Assembly: GCA_030141605.1 (NCBI GenBank)
Contig: JAQGDQ010001676.1
Coordinates: forward strand, 1-29,987
DNA from: Tubiluchus corallicola
Lineage: Eukaryota; Animalia; Priapulida
Length of the DNA stretch: 29,987 nucleotides
Direction: 5' to 3'
The position numbers and the translations under genes are program-made. Position 1 is the stretch's first letter. The number at the start of each line of letters is the position of its first letter. Under the pieces are notes generated by a model that saw only the letters and a list, made by a program, of their open reading frames with translations, made no database searches and had not been told where the DNA came from. Shown here piece by piece: positions 1 to 11,210 of this stretch.

Positions 1-352
1 ATACATATTTGACATATATATATATATATATGTATGTATATATATATACAATTGTACAATACAGACTACAGAGCTAGTTAATATTGTACAAAACTTATCA
101 CCTATGTGGCCCTTACCCTCTATGTCCCAGGCCCACTCTGACTCACTAGCATTATCCTTGCGTATCCTTACAGGAGTTGCTTCTGTCGTGAAGTTCGTCT
201 CATAATTACTTCGCGTTTGACAGCCTTAACATAAACTTAAATTTAACTTGACTTGTGGTGTGTAAGAACTTTAACACACCTGGTATTAATTCTCCCTTTA
301 ATTAAATATTGCATCGTTTGTCTTCTTACTACTGCATTAAACAATTGCTTAC

Positions 353-526
353 CCTTCAGGTCAAAGAAAAATGACAGCCTGTTTGGTATCATAGCTCGTT
401 GACAACCAATCATTCCGTACCCGGATAATGTTTCAGGGTCCATTGCCCAAGCCTCAGCAGCCTCTCCACTCGACACTCCCACGTAAACGCCGGTGTTTGA
501 TCCTCTAAATTCAGCCGGATCGTAAC
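353..526 (-). CDS. FASN: Fatty acid synthase, KS-domain exon (4th coding exon; gene continues beyond window start)
   Basis: AG acceptor and GTAAGC donor; 174 bp, phase 1-1; encodes [59 protein letters not shown], matching the animal FAS stretch just before the GPS...DTACSS active site. Confidence 0.93.
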
Positions 527-603
527 CTTAAAAAAGCAACAGAATTCAATACACGGTGTTCGTGAATTACTTGTAAAGATTGAAGTTGATAAAGTAGTTA
601 GTC

Positions 604-1080
604 AGGGACATGATTCTGTTCACCTCCCTATGCCAGATCATCATCATCATCATCATCATCATCAACCAATGAATCATATATCCACTGACATGATTCTGTT
701 CACCTCTCTATGCTAGATCATCATCGTCATCATTATCATCAACCAATGAATCATGTATCCAGGGACATGATTCTGTTCACCTCCCTATGCCACATCATCA
801 TCATCATCATCAACCAATGAATCATGTATCAAGGGACATGATTCTGTTCACCTACCTATGCCAGATCATCATCATCATCATCAATCAATGAATCACATGT
901 CCAGGGACATGATTCTGTTCACCTCCCTATGCCAGATCATCATCATCATCATCATCCAATGAATCACACGTCCAGGGACATGATTCTGTTCACCTCCCTA
1001 TGCCAGATCATCATCATCATCATCATCATCTAATGAATCACACGTCCCGGGACATGATTCTGTTCACCTCCCTATGCCAG

Positions 1081-1112
<32 letters not shown>

Positions 1113-1678
1113 ATGAATCACATGTCCCGGTACATGATTCTGTTCACCTCCCTATGCCAGATCATCATCATCATCATCATCATCATCCAATGAATCACAT
1201 GTCCCGGTACATGATTCTGTTCACCTCCCTATGCCAGATCATCATCATCATCATCATCCAATGAATCACATGTCCCGGTACATGATTCTGTTCACCTCCC
1301 TATGCCAGATCATCATCATCATCATCATCATCATCCAATGAATCACACGTCCCGGGACATGATTCTGTTCACCTCCCTATGCCAGATCATCATCATCATC
1401 ATCATCTAATGAATCACATGTCCCGGGACATGATTCTGTTCACCTCCCTATGCCAGATCATCATCATCATCATCATCATCCAATGAATCACATGTCCCGG
1501 TACATGATTCTGTTCACCTCCCTATGCCAGATCATCATCATCATCATCATCCAATGAATCACATGTCCAGGGACATGATTCTGTTCACCTCCCTATGCCA
1601 GATCATCATCATCATCATCATCATCATCCAATGAATCACACGTCCAGGGACATGATTCTGTTCACCTCCCTATGCCAG

Positions 1679-1715
<37 letters not shown>

Positions 1716-1773
1716 GCATCAACCAATGAATCATGTATCCAGGGACATGATTCTGTTCACCTCCCTATGCCAG

Positions 1774-1804
<31 letters not shown>

Positions 1805-2080
1805 GCATCAACCAATGAATCATGTATCCAGGGACATGATTCTGTTCACCTCCCTACGCCAGATTATCATCATCATCAACCAAAGAATCATGTATTCAGG
1901 GACATGATTCTGTTCACCTCTCTATACTAGATCATCATCATCATCATCATCACCAACCAATGAATCATGTATCTAGAGACATGATTCTGTTCACCTCCGT
2001 ATGCCAGATCATCATCATCATCATCATCAACCAATGAATCACACGTCCAGGGACATGATTCTGCTCACCTCCCTATGCCA
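604..2080. repeat. Tandem array, about 20 units of about 70-95 bp with variable (CAT)n
   Basis: Unit GGGACATGATTCTGTTCACCTCCCTATGCCAGAT(CAT)nCCAATGAATCACATGTCC repeated within a FAS intron. Confidence 0.97.
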
Positions 2081-2154
2081 GGACTCCCTACTCGCTGCAA
2101 TGCCCCAAGTGGATTGATTTCTAAGGATCAATGCTGAAGTGTTTAAATCTTTCT
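2020..2154 (-). mobile_element. 3' fragment of an RTE-like non-LTR retroposon heading the tandem array
   Basis: Minus strand reads KDL...TWGIAASRESWHREVSRIMSLDV* then a short UTR and (GAT)n tail; second copy at 20969-21103. Confidence 0.55.
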
Positions 2155-2712
2155 TTTTTCGTAAATATGTAATAGATGTTCAAATCATTCATAAATCTAT
2201 ACCTGCAGTCATTCTAGCAAAAATTTACGTACTTATATACCGTTTTTGCCTTGAAAGTTTAGGCGCTTTTAATATTCTATTTAACTTTTCCAAAATAGCT
2301 CTCGCTAACATAGTAACAAAATTGTAAATACGTAAGCTAGCTTTGTTTAGTTTACATCACAACATATTATGCAAACACAGACAGACTACGCAAATATTTA
2401 ATCAAGCAGGCCTATCAAACATAAATCTGTACATGTATCCACTTATGATACAATCATGTTCAAATATAAACGACAAGATTATACAGCCTAGCGCGTGTGG
2501 AAAAAAGAATATTCATTTAAATTGTATGCTATAAATAGTTATAAACGTAACCCGCAACTACAATTTTCTTTAGAAAATCATGAACTTTGCATTATAAACT
2601 AAGCTTTCTGACTACGTTAGTTTAAACATAATTTATTTAGGATTGGATCAGACAGTATGAACAACATGATTTAGGATCCTCACCACAACAGACTTTATAC
2701 ACTATTTACAAG

Positions 2713-3008
2713 AACATTTACAGTAAGAATAGACCATAACTACACAAGCTGACAAGTTTTACTACAAGATTACATTAGACATTAGTAAAATTTACAGTAA
2801 GAATAGACTATAACTACACAAGCTGACAAGTTTTATTACAAGATTACATTAGACATTAGTAACATTTACAGTAAGAATTGACTATAACTACACAAGCTGA
2901 CAAGTTTTACTACAAGATTACATTAGACATTAGCAACATTTACAATAAGAATAGACTATAACTACACAAGCTGACAAGTTTTACTACAAGATTACATTAG
3001 ACATTAGT
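2713..3008. repeat. Minisatellite, 74 bp x 4
   Basis: Unit aacatttacagtaagaatagactataactacacaagctgacaagttttactacaagattacattagacattagt starting at 2713, 2787, 2861, 2935. Confidence 0.95.
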
Positions 3009-4097
3009 AGAAAATGATGGTTAGAAAGTATTAATGTACGATTATTTAACACTGATGCATTTTATATCAGACAGAAACTACTGGAAGCGTTTAGTACGTA
3101 ATATAAAGTCATGTATACATGTTCTGACTATGTTAGCATGTATGGCTGTGTTGTCCTCGCACATTTGAAAATGGCCAATTTACCTGTACAATTAAGAGAA
3201 GTGCGGGTACAAAAAAATCATGAAAGTTTGTCACTTCAACGTAAAGCATCAATTGTTGAAGAAAAAAACTCCTACTTTTTTACGCCACCATCGTTCGCTC
3301 TCATCAAGCCGTGTGGCATGCTAATGGCTTACTTTCTAAACTTCACAGTATGGCATATAAATGTTACAGTAGTTAATTCATGCCTAGCTAGCCTTAACTG
3401 CCTAAAAAGACCCATCCTGCATATACGTACTATTACTTGTACATCGATTTTGATAAATTGTGCAGGAGAAATTGTAATGGTAATGTAATAATAATACTCT
3501 ATTGATTATTTAAAATGCATTAACATTAAAATGAACAAATGCATTTTACATACATAAATCCTAACATGTAAACAGCACATACTCAATTGGCTATTAATGT
3601 ACATTAAAATCACTAGAAAGCAGCCCAAAAACCAAAACTTCAAGTCCATATTAAACTTTTAATTAATTAAAAAGGCTTCATTGTAAAATAAGTTTTAAGA
3701 AACGATTTAAACTTTTCAACATTAACCATTTTACATGCATAAATTGGTAAATCGTTTCATAATTTTGGCGCAGAAACCACGTGATCAATACGTGACTAGA
3801 TATAATGGGGTACAACAGGTGACGAAGAACTAATTGATCTAAGATTACGTTTGGGCACGCCTGGCTTAAAAAAATCACGTATATAGGATGGCGTTAAGTC
3901 ATTAAGAGCTTCAGAAAGAAACAGGCAACCAGTGCAATTGCAACCAGGCATTATGAAGGCAACCAGTGCAATTGCAACCAGGCAAAATGAAACTGTAGAA
4001 TCAGCTGCAAAAATCATCCAGCTACTATTACCAAGAAACCACCAGCCTATGTTATAAATCCTGTTACGTGTTAAAACAAGCTTTTGTTCTTATTTAC

Positions 4098-4250
4098 CTG
4101 CATCAACAATAGCTTCATAAGTGACTTCCAACAGCAGCCTAATCTGGGCATCTAAGCATTGAGCTTGTTTTGGACTTACTCCAAAAAATGCTGCATCAAA
4201 TTTTGTGATGTCTTTCAGTTTTCCACTTCGTTTTGGCAAACCGTACAAAC
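4098..4250 (-). CDS. FASN: Fatty acid synthase, KS-domain exon (3rd coding exon)
   Basis: 153 bp, phase 1-1, AG/GT bounded; [52 protein letters not shown] has the FDAxFFG and RLLLE KS motifs; not in the ORF track. Confidence 0.93.
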
Positions 4251-4294
4251 CTAAGAAAGAGAAAAGGTTGACATGTTGGAAGCATTAGGCGCAC

Positions 4295-4779
4295 TTTCCA
4301 TGTGCAAGATTTAGTGTGCGTTGCAGTGTGCGGAAAAGTAAGTTCACTGTAGTTGCGTGTCACTGTTTCCATGTGCATGATTTAGTGTGGGTTGCAGTGT
4401 GCGGAAAAGTGAGTTCGCTGTAGTTGCGTGTCACTGTTTCCATGTGCATGATTTAGTATGCGTTGCAGTGCATGGAAAAGTAAGTTCACTGTAGTTGCGT
4501 GTCACTGTTTCCATGTGCATGATTTAGTGTGCATTGCAGTGTGCGGAAAAGTAAGTTCGCTGTAGTTGCGTGTCACTGTTTCCATGTGCATGATTTAGTG
4601 TGCGTTGCAGTGCATGGAAAAGTAAGTTCACTGTAGTTGCGTGTCACTGTTTCCATGTGCATGATTTAGTGTGCGTTGCAGTGCGCGGAAAAGTAAGTTC
4701 ACTGTAGTTGCGTGTCACTGTTTCCATGTGCACGATTTAGTGTGCGGAAAAGTAAGTTCACTGTAGTTGTGTGTCACTC
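4295..4779. repeat. Minisatellite, 71 bp x about 7
   Basis: tttccatgtgcatgatttagtgtgcgttgcag... recurs every 71 bp. Confidence 0.95.
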
Positions 4780-4965
4780 GAGCTGGTATTTCCTCGCAGA
4801 TGGAAAAGTCGCTCTTCAAGTGACTTTCTGCCAGTGGGCTGGGTAAAAGGACACTCATGCATGCTCAGATTATGTAAATACCTTAATAATGGCCAGCAAC
4901 AGGTCGGAAATTCTGAACTTACTTCTCCGACGAAGGCAGAGAAATCGTTTATTGCAATTAAGATA

Positions 4966-5567
4966 ACTATCACTCAGTGATCAGCACAGGAACCACTGGT
5001 TCTGGGTTCATGACATACTCAAGCAACGACATGAGTTTGAAGGATACTATCACTCAGTGATGAATACAGAAGCCACAGGTTCAGGGTCCATGACATACTC
5101 AAGCAACGACATGAGTTTGAAGGATACTATCACTCAGTGATGAATGCAGAAGCCACAGGTTCTGGGTCCATGACATACTCAAACAACGACATGAGTTTGA
5201 AGGATACTATCACTCAGTGATGAATGCAGGAGCCACAGGTTCTGGATCCATGACATACTCAAGCAACGACATGAGTTTGAAGGATACTATCACTCAGTGA
5301 TGAATGCAGAAGCCACAGGTTCTGGGTCCATGACATACTCAAGCAACGACATGAGTTTGAAGGATACTATCACTCAGTGATGAATGCAGAAGCCACAGGT
5401 TCAGGGTCCATGACATACTCAAGCAACGACATGAGTTTGAAGGATACTATCACTCAGTGATGAATGCAGAAGCCACGGGTTCTGGGTCCATGACATACTC
5501 AAACAACGACATGAGTTTGAAGGATACTATCACTCAGTGATGAATTCAGAAGCCACGGGTTCAGGGT
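4966..5567. repeat. Minisatellite, 80 bp x about 7.5
   Basis: cactcagtga at 4971, 5051, 5131 ... 5531; unit contains the small palindrome ATCACT-C-AGTGAT. Confidence 0.95.
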
Positions 5568-5782
5568 GTTGTTGTTCAATCATTAACATCACAGTGATTG
5601 TTACTAACATCACTGTTACTACTAACATCATCATTGATCAACAATGATCAATCATCATCATCACAAAGCACTGTACAGGTGCAAAACCTAACTTAGAAAA
5701 ATTAACTGGCAAACAATACCTTGCTTTACTCTAGAAAGAACTCGACTGTTGCAGTTATTTTAATTACATTAGTTAAGCATAC

Positions 5783-5912
5783 CTGGTTCCCATCGGCGAC
5801 CATCCTCAGTGCACATATCCACGCCATGGAACAAATTGTATTTAAATTCTTCTAAGCTATCAGACTCGGGTAGTCGGCAGGAGATACCAGAAATAACAAC
5901 CTCGTCTAAATT
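5783..5912 (-). CDS. FASN: Fatty acid synthase, start of KS domain (2nd coding exon)
   Basis: 130 bp, phase 0-1; NLDEVVISGISCRLPESDSLEEFKYNLFHGVDMCTEDGRRWEP matches the FAS N-terminus (EVVIxG...LPES...GVDMxTxDxRRW). Confidence 0.92.
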
Positions 5913-5974
5913 CTAGTGGAATACATTAAAAATTAGTAGAATGAACAACAATGTAAAAATGTTTACATAGCTGA

Positions 5975-6412
5975 TACTGTATATACCTGTGTACAAGTTG
6001 ACCTTATGTACAAGTCGATGTGCATTTTAAGACCAAAAATTGCATTATTTTCTATATTACCTGTGTACAAGTCGACCATGAAATATTAAGATCTTCCAGA
6101 GTAAATGATGTCAACAATGGCCGAGTAATAAATCAACAGCCTGCTGTGTTAGTGTGTAAGATGCATGCAAGTGCCTGGGTCGAGTATATTATACCTACGC
6201 GATGTATATATATTCATGTTCAGGGCCCTCAGTGCAATCCATGATAATGCATTGTTTGTGCATCATCGTGCATAATTGTTTGTAATGCCTTTAACCCTAG
6301 GATATTGCTACCAGGATCCGAAAAAAACATATCGTAGGTATAAGTCGACTCCAAAAATTTCACCTTAAAATCACCTCCCAAAAATTAGACTTGTACATAA
6401 GTACATAAGTAT
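5975..6412. mobile_element. Degenerate MITE-like element (Tc1/mariner-pogo type ends)
   Basis: Starts TA-CTGTATATACCTGTGTACAAGTTGAC, has repeated subterminal GTAYAAGTCGA motifs, and ends with the inverted GACTTGTACATAAGTACATA. Confidence 0.45.
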
Positions 6413-6584
6413 ATATATATAAGTTTAACATGTAATAAAATTTATATACTAAGAGTTGGTTTTAGCTAATATATTGGCTGTTGTCATTTGTATGCCTGTT
6501 CAATAATAGAACCATATGTGGTGTTAAAATAAAAATACTGGTTTAATCGTGAGATAGTGAGAATTAAATGATATCTAGGCTTAC

Positions 6585-6665
6585 CTGTTGGTTTATCCCG
6601 GGAGAGGGCAGCACATTTTCAACAACCGAGTCATTGAACCTTTCTGATGAAGAATATGCCGGCAT
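6585..6665 (-). CDS. FASN: Fatty acid synthase, probable first coding exon (N-terminal extension)
   Basis: tttgcag acceptor (exon starts 6674), AAAAATG start, CAG|GTAAG donor; MPAYSSSERFNDSVVENVLPSPGINQQ ends in phase 0, compatible with the next exon. Confidence 0.75.
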
Positions 6666-7156
6666 TTTTCTTTCCTGCAAACATTATTTATATTACCTAA
6701 TTTGCAGTAGCAACTACAAGGGAAGAACAGCAAATAGTACAGAACAGTTGTACAGAACCGAATAATTGTAATTGTAAATTATTATCACTTCAGCATGTAT
6801 TTTTACATTACAATTTGCATTATTATCTTTAACTATTATGCCCGATAACTAGAAAATGAAATATAGTTACAATAATTGTAACAGAACTACATTAGTATAC
6901 TATAGCATGATATAGTTAGGGAAAAAATTCAAAATATAATTACAAAAATTTAACAGAAGTATACTAACATGGTTACTAAACTACATATAATAGTTTGTCA
7001 ACAAGAAATAGATGCTGCATGGTGATCAAGAAGCAAAGCTTGTAAGACCACCATGAAAAGTGAAAAAAACGACTTAATTTAAATAATAAATAATATTATC
7101 ATTCAGCTACATGTAGTATGATCAGTTTTGTAAATACCAAAATTTGGACATTATAA

Positions 7157-7581
7157 CAGCAATGGGAATAACTGAGTAGTCTGGATGTGCAATTTAGCAA
7201 CAGAAGTCAAAGTAATGCCAAGTATGGTCAGTAGATGGATACGTGACTGCCACAAGTGCTGTTGGACAGTTTTGTCTAGTGCACTGTCCTGGTGCACTGT
7301 CAGCAATGGGAATAACTGAGTAGTCTGGGTGTGCAATTTAGCAACAGAAGTCAAAGTAATGCCAAGTATGGTCAGTAGATGGATACGTGACTGCCACAAG
7401 TGCTGTTGGACAGTTTTGTCTAGTGCACTGTCCTGGTGCACTATCAGCAATGGGAATAACTGAGTAGTCTGGGTGTGCAATTTAGCAACAGAAGTCAAAG
7501 TAATGCCAAGTATGGTCAGTAGATGGATACGTGACTACCACAAATGATGCTGGACAGTTTTGTCTGGTGCACTGTCCTGGC
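7157..7581. repeat. Tandem repeat, 144 bp x 3
   Basis: cagcaatgggaataactgagtagtctgg at 7157, 7301, 7445. Confidence 0.95.
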
Positions 7582-8306
7582 TATTTATACCATAGAGACA
7601 GAGTATTCCCATGTATCCAAAAATGATTTTAGACATACATCTGCCTCACCTTAGAGGATTATCGTTGATAATGAGCTAAGTTCTGCTCCTGCCACAACTA
7701 AGTGGAATCTGCATTTGAGTGTTGGACGCCAGCTTCAGCTTGGGTAATTCCAAATTTTATAGAAAACTAGAGCGTGCAAAATCATTGAGCCCATAAAAAT
7801 AATTACTGTGCTTATTAATTGGCTAAAAAAAGTTTTTTTATAAAGCTTGCAACTCTGCAAGACTATGGGAACGAACACTCTATGGAAGAGCATACTCAAA
7901 TCAGACATTTGTGGCTGGACCAGCACCTTGCTAATTATATCTAGGATAAATCTCACCAAAAACTTGAATCGCAGAGGTGACTTAGCCATGTTCGGATGTG
8001 TACATCTTTTCTCTATGAAATACACAACTGCGGGTGTCAGGCAGTACACATTTTTCCAAGCATCAACCATCCATTTAGTGACCAAGCCAAGCATTGCTTA
8101 ACTTTGATAATTTGCATACGTTACAATTAATCACTTAGTAATTTCCCTCTTCCATTAGCAAAAAAAACATATTACGGAATAAACAAGTAATCAACACACA
8201 GCAAAGAAAACTAAAACACATATTAGCGGGTAAAAATGGAAAAAGCACAAACTGTGTTCATATTATTATACTGAAATTAGTGTAAATGAAAACAAAGAAC
8301 ACTTAC

Positions 8307-8400
8307 CGAAGATTATATAAGACTACGTAACAGATTCATGTAATTTTCCACTCAAATTCGTTGCCTGGCTTGCCACGAGTTCGCTAAATTTATGTGAATG
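8307..8400 (-). other. FASN: Probable non-coding first exon of the FAS gene
   Basis: CG|GTAAGT donor at 8307/8306; initiator-like CATTC at about 8400, roughly 33 bp downstream of TATAAAAA. Confidence 0.55.
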
Positions 8401-8424
8401 TTATCAGTGCACGAATTTCTTGCA

Positions 8425-8545
8425 TTTTTATACAATCGCGCTGGAAAATCACCGGTAAATCGTGTCGTCTGAGCATGGGGTGATACCACGCGGCACGCTG
8501 AGCTGGCGTTCTGCCAATAGGCAGTCCTGGATGCGGTCACGTGAC
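8425..8545 (-). promoter_or_regulatory. Putative FAS proximal promoter: TATA box, SRE-like site, inverted CCAAT box, E-box
   Basis: Minus-strand TATAAAAA (8432-8425), ATCACCCCAT (8484-8475), plus-strand CCAAT (8514-8518), palindrome GTCACGTGAC (8536-8545), in a locally GC/CpG-rich patch. Confidence 0.6.
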
Positions 8546-8701
8546 TGTTATTGACTGCAGCAAGCGTCTGCAATAATAAACTAGCGTGCGAGAGCTAACT
8601 TGACACAGCAAATTCAACCAACATTCACGTGTTACGCTGGAAAAGAGTCGACTAGCACGCGCAACAGCTTCAACAGGTAAAATAACTGAACTGTGAACTG
8701 C

Positions 8702-9154
8702 TTTACCCCTTTCAGTCCCAAATTATTTTGTTAATAAGAACAATTTTTTGGCTTGGTACTTTTGTTCAGTATGTCCATCTTGTTTACACATAATAATTAT
8801 TTTTTCTACCTGTGCCCGTGTACTAAATATAGCCTGTATCCCACGGGATACATTGGGATTTAATGGAAGCATAAAATGTGCTTCATTTTGCAACTGCTGA
8901 TAATTTAAGACATTTAGTATGCATGCTATGCTGATCTGTACAAAGTCGTCTCTAAAGTACTGTACCTTGCTCAGTTTTTAGTTATGTAGCTTTTCTAGTT
9001 TGCCATTTTATCGCCATTTTTAGTCTATTGCTATTGGCTTAAATCAAAATAACTATTAACAGATCAAATAACTCTCCGTTTTAAAATTTTGTTAATTTTA
9101 AAGGCAGAAAATATTCTCGTATCTCACGGGATACAACGGGTATCAAAGGATTAA
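8702..9154. mobile_element. Possible degenerate piggyBac-like MITE
   Basis: Imperfect inverted ends TTTACCCCTTTCAGTCCC / GGGTATCAAAGGATTAA, and two copies of the palindrome GTATCYCACGGGATAC (about 8836 and 9119). Confidence 0.3.
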
Positions 9155-10904
9155 GTGCGGATGTGTGAAATAGTAAAATGTGCTTCAAAATATAGTTTCA
9201 AAACGCGCTTGAAATATGTATGACTGAAGAACATACTGTGCCCTGACATTAGAAAAACGTTCAAGGTGCATATTCTGTCTTTGTAAAACTTTTTGGTGTT
9301 AATAAAAATAATGTAGCTAATTTTCATTGTTTAAACGTGCACACTTTATGTTCAAAAGGAAGGGGGTGTATGATTAGGCCCCAGGGGAGCATCAAGACTT
9401 TACGACGCCCTAGGTTGATAGTTCGTCCTGCCCATTTCTATTGTGAATTTATGGTTGCTTATGTAATGAGCAGATCAGACAATTATTTGTGGTGTATTAG
9501 AAACACTATTAAACTAGTTTCTATGTGTCATTATTAATTACATGTCTTTTCTTTAGCGCTTATATTGAAGCAGGCTGCGCAACTGCTTGTTGTGTAACAC
9601 CTTGCACCTGTTCGTTGTGGCACTTATATAAAAGCTACGGTTAGTAACTGCCTATGGTGTGTTAACGCAATAGTTACGCCCCTATATGTCCACTTCTATT
9701 TTTTATTTTATCGCAGATCTGATTAGTCCATTTAGCTGACTAATCTTTCAAATAAAATGTGTTGTTTTTGTTTCAAATGTAAATGAAATGCGAGTAATGC
9801 GAGATAGCTCCTTTCAGACATGTCATCATTAACAGACAAAAACGTAATGCCTTTATAATCTCAAAGAATGAATAAATATTATAATCTTTGTGACTATAAA
9901 GGGCATTACGTTTTTCCGTGTAAATGAAATGAATAAAATAAACCGTCTTACATTGTCATAGAACATTTAACAATGACTTTATAAGTTGCATTGTTTTAGA
10001 TAGACTAATGTAAGTTGCACTGCCAAATAAATCGAATAACTGATATCACCTGGTCCCAATTTTGTAGTAAAAAACTTAATTTCCTTTAGACCAGCTTACT
10101 GTTTTTAAATTTCTTACAAGTTGAATTTATGATCTATATTTTGGTATTTTTAACTAAGAATATCAATTTCGTAACTCGCCCAACACTCGTCTAACACACC
10201 TAGAGCTACCCATGAGCCCATAGTGGATTAATAATCGTGCACAACAAGCCTACATGCCAAACAAAGTGATAATCACGCAATCACGTTCGCCCAGACATAT
10301 TTAGTTATAGCAATATAGCGGCTAAGATGGGCCTATCAGCAGTCAATAAACATAAGTTATCGAAAATCATTGCTAAGATAGCCTTACGTAGAACAAGGAA
10401 CTTCAACTAAGATTCGTGTTGGCCTATAGAGGAGCAGTGATTTGCAAACGTGGTGCAGCTTGTCCGATTCTACCAGTAATGCAAAAAGTATGGAAACGAA
10501 GTTTTACAGAGTAACAGTGACAATTATTGTCGTAATGCCGTCAGCCTTGTACCGCTACACATTTTTAGAGAATAATTTAACCAAACAACATTACTAGTCT
10601 TGTGGCAAGATATGTTCACTTGGTCTCACAAACCGTAAAAAGTGTTGATTTGTCGTGCTATCAATATCAGAATTGTGGCTAATAAAAGAATACGTGCAGG
10701 TTCTGACTAAACAGCAAAACTGAAATACAGCCAAACAAATACTAGTATGTCATCTCATTGCTGCATGAATCGGAAACGCTGCACCATTGTACATGAAACC
10801 TAAAATGTTAATTATACTATCACCAAAAGTTAATTACTGATATTAAACAACTCCATATTCAATAGTGATATTTCCTATTATCTACAAGCAAACAAATGAC
10901 ACCA

Positions 10905-11210
10905 AATGATAGAATAAACTTACAATTGTTGAATTTTGAAGTCAAACTTTAACTTGCTTGAAAAAATACAATGTAAAAACATCAGGACACAACCTTGGAT
11001 TTGAACGCCAACCTTTTACTTATCATGTAGGGACGCCAGGACCACTAGACTGTTCACACTGGGGCATAGTAGCCTGGAGGTCATGAGACATGGCTTTTAA
11101 GTGAAAAGTCCTTGGTTCAATTCCAACCGGTGTCCGGAGTTTTTCATACTTCCTTTTTTCGAGCAAGTTTAGTTTCAAAATTTCAACAATTGCGAGTTTA
11201 TTTCATCATT
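10905..11210. mobile_element. Palindromic element of two divergent tRNA-derived (SINE-like) halves
   Basis: Arms of about 140 bp are imperfect reverse complements; B boxes GTTCAAATCC (minus, 11006-10997) and GGTTCAATTCC (plus, 11114-11124); A-box-like motifs near the centre. Confidence 0.7.

Noticed and set aside
604-5567. Regular arrays resembling CRISPR
   Set aside because: No unique spacers, no cas genes, and they lie in spliceosomal introns of an animal gene.
7151-7498. 115-aa ORF with a 48-aa repeat
   Set aside because: By-product of the 144-bp intronic tandem repeat; no ATG start, splice context or recognisable motif.
8600-8682. Divergent first exon (CAG|GTAAAA) implying a bidirectional FAS promoter
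   Set aside because: Only a donor-like motif; no downstream plus-strand exon could be linked.
11060-11135. Functional tRNA gene
   Set aside because: A and B boxes are present but I could not fold a clean cloverleaf; treated as tRNA-derived repeat.
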